The notes below the pieces were generated by a model that saw nothing but the letters and a program-made list of their open reading frames with translations, searched no databases and was not told the origin of the DNA. A stretch of DNA of 64,000 nt from a virus, in IMG/VR virus record IMGVR_UViG_3300030099_006944, positions 123,356 through 187,355 of that record; one strand, written 5' to 3'. The stretch's first letter is position 1, and each line of letters opens with the position of its first letter. The position numbers and the translations under genes were made by a program. This document shows positions 61,879-64,000 of this stretch, piece by piece.

Positions 61879-62577
61879 ATGACCATTACCGTGAAACAAT
61901 TAGTTAAAGCCGCCGAAAATGCTAACAAACTCGGCAACCTTCGCGATTGCAGTACCCTAGCAGACTTGGCTGGTAGTGTTAAGAAGTGGGGGAAACTCAC
62001 CTCTCGTCAAGCCGAGTTCGCAGCGGCTCTTATCGAGCGCAACTCAAACGAGAAGGCTAGTAAGATTGATGAAGAGCGTGAGAACCACCGTATCAAGTGG
62101 CAAGAGGATGGTGCTTATCGCGAATGGGTTCTGTTCTTGGCTACATTCTTTGCTACTTCTGGACAGACAGCATATCAGCACCATATCCACAACAGGCAGC
62201 GCAATGCTCGTAGGGTTCTCCAAGCCTCCCGTGATGCGGAAGGTGGTGTACCTAGCCTCGATGATTGTAATCGCTTGACCACTTCCAAGTTAGCCCCAAG
62301 ACTTCGAGATACTTTTGAGAAGCCCCTACTCTACTCCGTAGGTGACCTAGTACAGGTTCGTGCTAGTGAGTTGCGCTACGGAGAAAGAGCCAAAGGCTTG
62401 GGAGAGCAAATGGGCTGGATCATAGACACCAACGCTCGCAACGTCCATCGTGTCGCGACTTATAGCAAGACCAAGGGTGGAACTCGGATCTACAAAGTTA
62501 TGTTCCCTTCGGGAGAACAGTACCGAGAAGAACGACAACTTAAACTTGTATCCAGAAAGAACCACAACAAGGAGTAG
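61879..62577 (+). CDS. Hypothetical protein with C-terminal SH3-like domain
   Basis: YSVGDLVQV...MGWII near C-terminus. Confidence 0.65.
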   Translation: MTITVKQLVKAAENANKLGNLRDCSTLADLAGSVKKWGKLTSRQAEFAAALIERNSNEKASKIDEERENHRIKWQEDGAYREWVLFLATFFATSGQTAYQHHIHNRQRNARRVLQASRDAEGGVPSLDDCNRLTTSKLAPRLRDTFEKPLLYSVGDLVQVRASELRYGERAKGLGEQMGWIIDTNARNVHRVATYSKTKGGTRIYKVMFPSGEQYREERQLKLVSRKNHNKE

Positions 62578-62579
62578 CC

Positions 62580-62762
62580 ATGGAAATAGGAACTTTAGTT
62601 ACCCACATCCACGATCAATACGAAGGTATAGGGATAGTGATACATGACGACCAACGAGAATACACAGAGGGCGAGAAATACTCAATGGTTACAGTCCATT
62701 GGCTCGATGGCGTTGGGGTTGGTCTTTACTGGACTGATGAATTGGAGGCAATATGCAATTAG
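62580..62762 (+). CDS. SH3/KOW-like protein
   Basis: MEIGTLV...IGIVI...VHWLDG...LEAI. Confidence 0.7.
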   Translation: MEIGTLVTHIHDQYEGIGIVIHDDQREYTEGEKYSMVTVHWLDGVGVGLYWTDELEAICN

Positions 62763-62968
62763 AACTTGGACAGCTTATCATAGACGCACACGAAGGCTAC
62801 CGAGATACAGGCGTAGTTATCGAAATCTACGAAGATTGCTATGGTGACAACATTTACAGCATTTTTTGGGTTTGTCCTCGGGATAGAGGGCACTACACCA
62901 CTACCCTAGCATACACAGAAGAAGAACTCGATATGGAATACTCCCACTGCTTCGAGGTCATACGATAA
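62753..62968 (+). CDS. SH3/KOW-like protein
   Basis: LGQLI...TGVVI...IFW...FEVI. Confidence 0.65.
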   Translation: MQLELGQLIIDAHEGYRDTGVVIEIYEDCYGDNIYSIFWVCPRDRGHYTTTLAYTEEELDMEYSHCFEVIR

Positions 62969-62969
62969 C

Positions 62970-63012
62970 GGACATTTTTTGTCCTTGACTTTTCACCACA
63001 AAATGATACATT
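62970..63012 (+). promoter_or_regulatory. Early-type promoter P9
   Basis: GGAC-N7-GTCC, TTGACT-16-TACATT. Confidence 0.8.
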
Positions 63013-63043
63013 ACTTATATAACCGAAACGACTGGAGGACATT

Positions 63044-63220
63044 ATGTCGTACAAATGTAGATCACCCTGCAAATCTTCGAAAAAGAAGAAACAACCCAAA
63101 GAGCGGAACTGGTTGGCAGTTCGCGCATTTCAAAGAAGCGGTGCTGGTGTTCACACCGATAAAAAAAAGAAACGCAATAAACGTGCCTGTCGAGGCAAAG
63201 TCAAGCAACCAAACTATTAG
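63044..63220 (+). CDS. 58-aa highly basic peptide
   Basis: Hand-translated; GGAGG SD; RNWLAVRAFQRSGAGVHTDKKKKRNKRACRGK. Confidence 0.7.
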   Translation: MSYKCRSPCKSSKKKKQPKERNWLAVRAFQRSGAGVHTDKKKKRNKRACRGKVKQPNY

Positions 63221-63229
63221 GAGTTAACT

Positions 63230-63514
63230 ATGTTAGCAAATCAACTTATCTCTCTTCTCTCATTTCAGTCTTTCACTCGTGGTTCTCGTAAAGACGATAT
63301 ATCCTTGAACCCTGCCAGTATTCAATATATAACAACTGATAGCCGCCCTGTAAACACCGAAGGTGGTACATTCTATGCGACAGTTATTCATCTTGCGAAT
63401 ACTTCGATCAAAGTAGCCCAAAGCAGAGAGTTCATCGAGTTCCAAGTAAATCGGTCTAGAGAACCTGAGCAAGAATATATTCAGGATAGATCCCAACTCG
63501 CCGCTGCTAAATAA
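63230..63514 (+). CDS. FlbD-like small protein
   Basis: ISLNPASIQYI...TVIHL...VAQS..FI. Confidence 0.5.
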   Translation: MLANQLISLLSFQSFTRGSRKDDISLNPASIQYITTDSRPVNTEGGTFYATVIHLANTSIKVAQSREFIEFQVNRSREPEQEYIQDRSQLAAAK

Positions 63515-63518
63515 AAAC

Positions 63519-63561
63519 GGACATTTTTTGTCCTTTACAAATCCCTCCAACGTGATACATT
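63519..63561 (+). promoter_or_regulatory. Early-type promoter P10
   Basis: GGAC-N7-GTCC, TTTACA-16-TACATT. Confidence 0.75.
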
Positions 63562-63656
63562 ATAGTTGTGAGGGAGAGATAAACACTCTTTCTTTTTTCA
63601 ATCACTATTTATTATATAACCCGTCCTTTCGAGGACACTTCTAATGGAGGTCAATC

Positions 63657-64000
63657 ATGGCTATTGACTTTAAGACACTCAACTCTGTACTTCCTTTCAT
63701 TCTTGACGCTAAGTTCCCTGTTCTTATCCGTGGTCGGCACGGTATCGGTAAATCCGCTATCGTATATCAGATTGCAAAAGACCGTGGTCTGCCTGTCATT
63801 GAGCGTCGTGCCTCTCAAATGACCGAAGGTGACTTACTTGGTCTACCGAAGGTAGAAGGTAACGTCACAAAGTGGCTTGCTCCCGAATGGTTACACCAAG
63901 CATGCAATGAGCCAGCAATCCTATTCCTCGATGAAGTAGACCGTGCAACTATGGAAGTTCGCCAAGGTATCTTCGAGTTGTGCGACAGCCGGAAGATCGC
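63657..64000 (+). CDS. MoxR/AAA_5-type ATPase, partial at window end
   Basis: Hand-translated; Walker A GRHGIGKS, EGDLLGLP, Walker B LFLDEVDR; GGAGG SD. Confidence 0.85.
   Translation, partial: MAIDFKTLNSVLPFILDAKFPVLIRGRHGIGKSAIVYQIAKDRGLPVIERRASQMTEGDLLGLPKVEGNVTKWLAPEWLHQACNEPAILFLDEVDRATMEVRQGIFELCDSRKI

Noticed and set aside
62979-63227. Track ORF 62979-63227
   Set aside because: Starts inside promoter P9; the SD-supported ORF is 63044-63220 in another frame. The same applies to the extended starts at 20580, 25442, 37026 and 40577
53333-63533. Palindromes as RNA terminator hairpins
   Set aside because: Only 4-5 bp stems, no 3' U-tract, and single-sided substitutions break pairing
102-63550. 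Minus-strand ORFs in the track (e.g. 31380-31946, 41976-42410, 56136-56771, 58174-58731)
   Set aside because: All are antisense shadows of well-supported plus-strand genes, with no SD or motifs noticed
1-64000. Stop-codon reassignment (alternative code)
   Set aside because: Conserved enzymes are intact under code 11, and TAG/TGA end genes directly before the next SD or start
52156-64000. Diversity-generating retroelement behind the mini-gene variation
   Set aside because: No reverse transcriptase and no TR/VR pair with A-specific mismatches seen

Overview
A 64 kb, entirely plus-strand-coded segment of a large lytic tailed phage genome (no host housekeeping context, no cas, no integrase). 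Order: tail/baseplate module (1-10 kb: tape measure, LysM-like wedge, 1481-aa hub-like protein); replication/nucleotide module (minimal family-A polymerase, tubulin/FtsZ-like protein, gp32-like SSB, RecA, 5'-3' exonuclease, DnaB, class II RNR, ThyX, DnaE, dUTPase); a scattered proteostasis and ribosome-rescue set (SlyD-like PPIase, GroES-like, GroEL, J-domain, ClpS, ClpP, tmRNA, tRNA-Gly); UVDE, a SprT-methyltransferase fusion and a probable restriction-modification pair; lysis genes; a repeat-rich intergenic block at 52.15-52.52 kb; then an early-type region (52.6-64 kb) of tiny ORFs. The best candidate new systems are in that last region. (i) Eleven copies of a GG(A/T)C-N7-G(T/A)CC palindrome, nine of them exactly 22 bp upstream of a TACATT-type -10 box, lie in the same region as a stand-alone RNA polymerase alpha-CTD-like protein. 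(ii) About 24 SH3/KOW-like mini-genes, many joined by a conserved ~30-nt junction repeat, resemble a shufflable cassette array. Also notable is a membrane-peptide ORF whose stop codon lies inside the tmRNA, so tmRNA maturation would make it a non-stop message. All family calls come from motifs read by eye; no database search was run.
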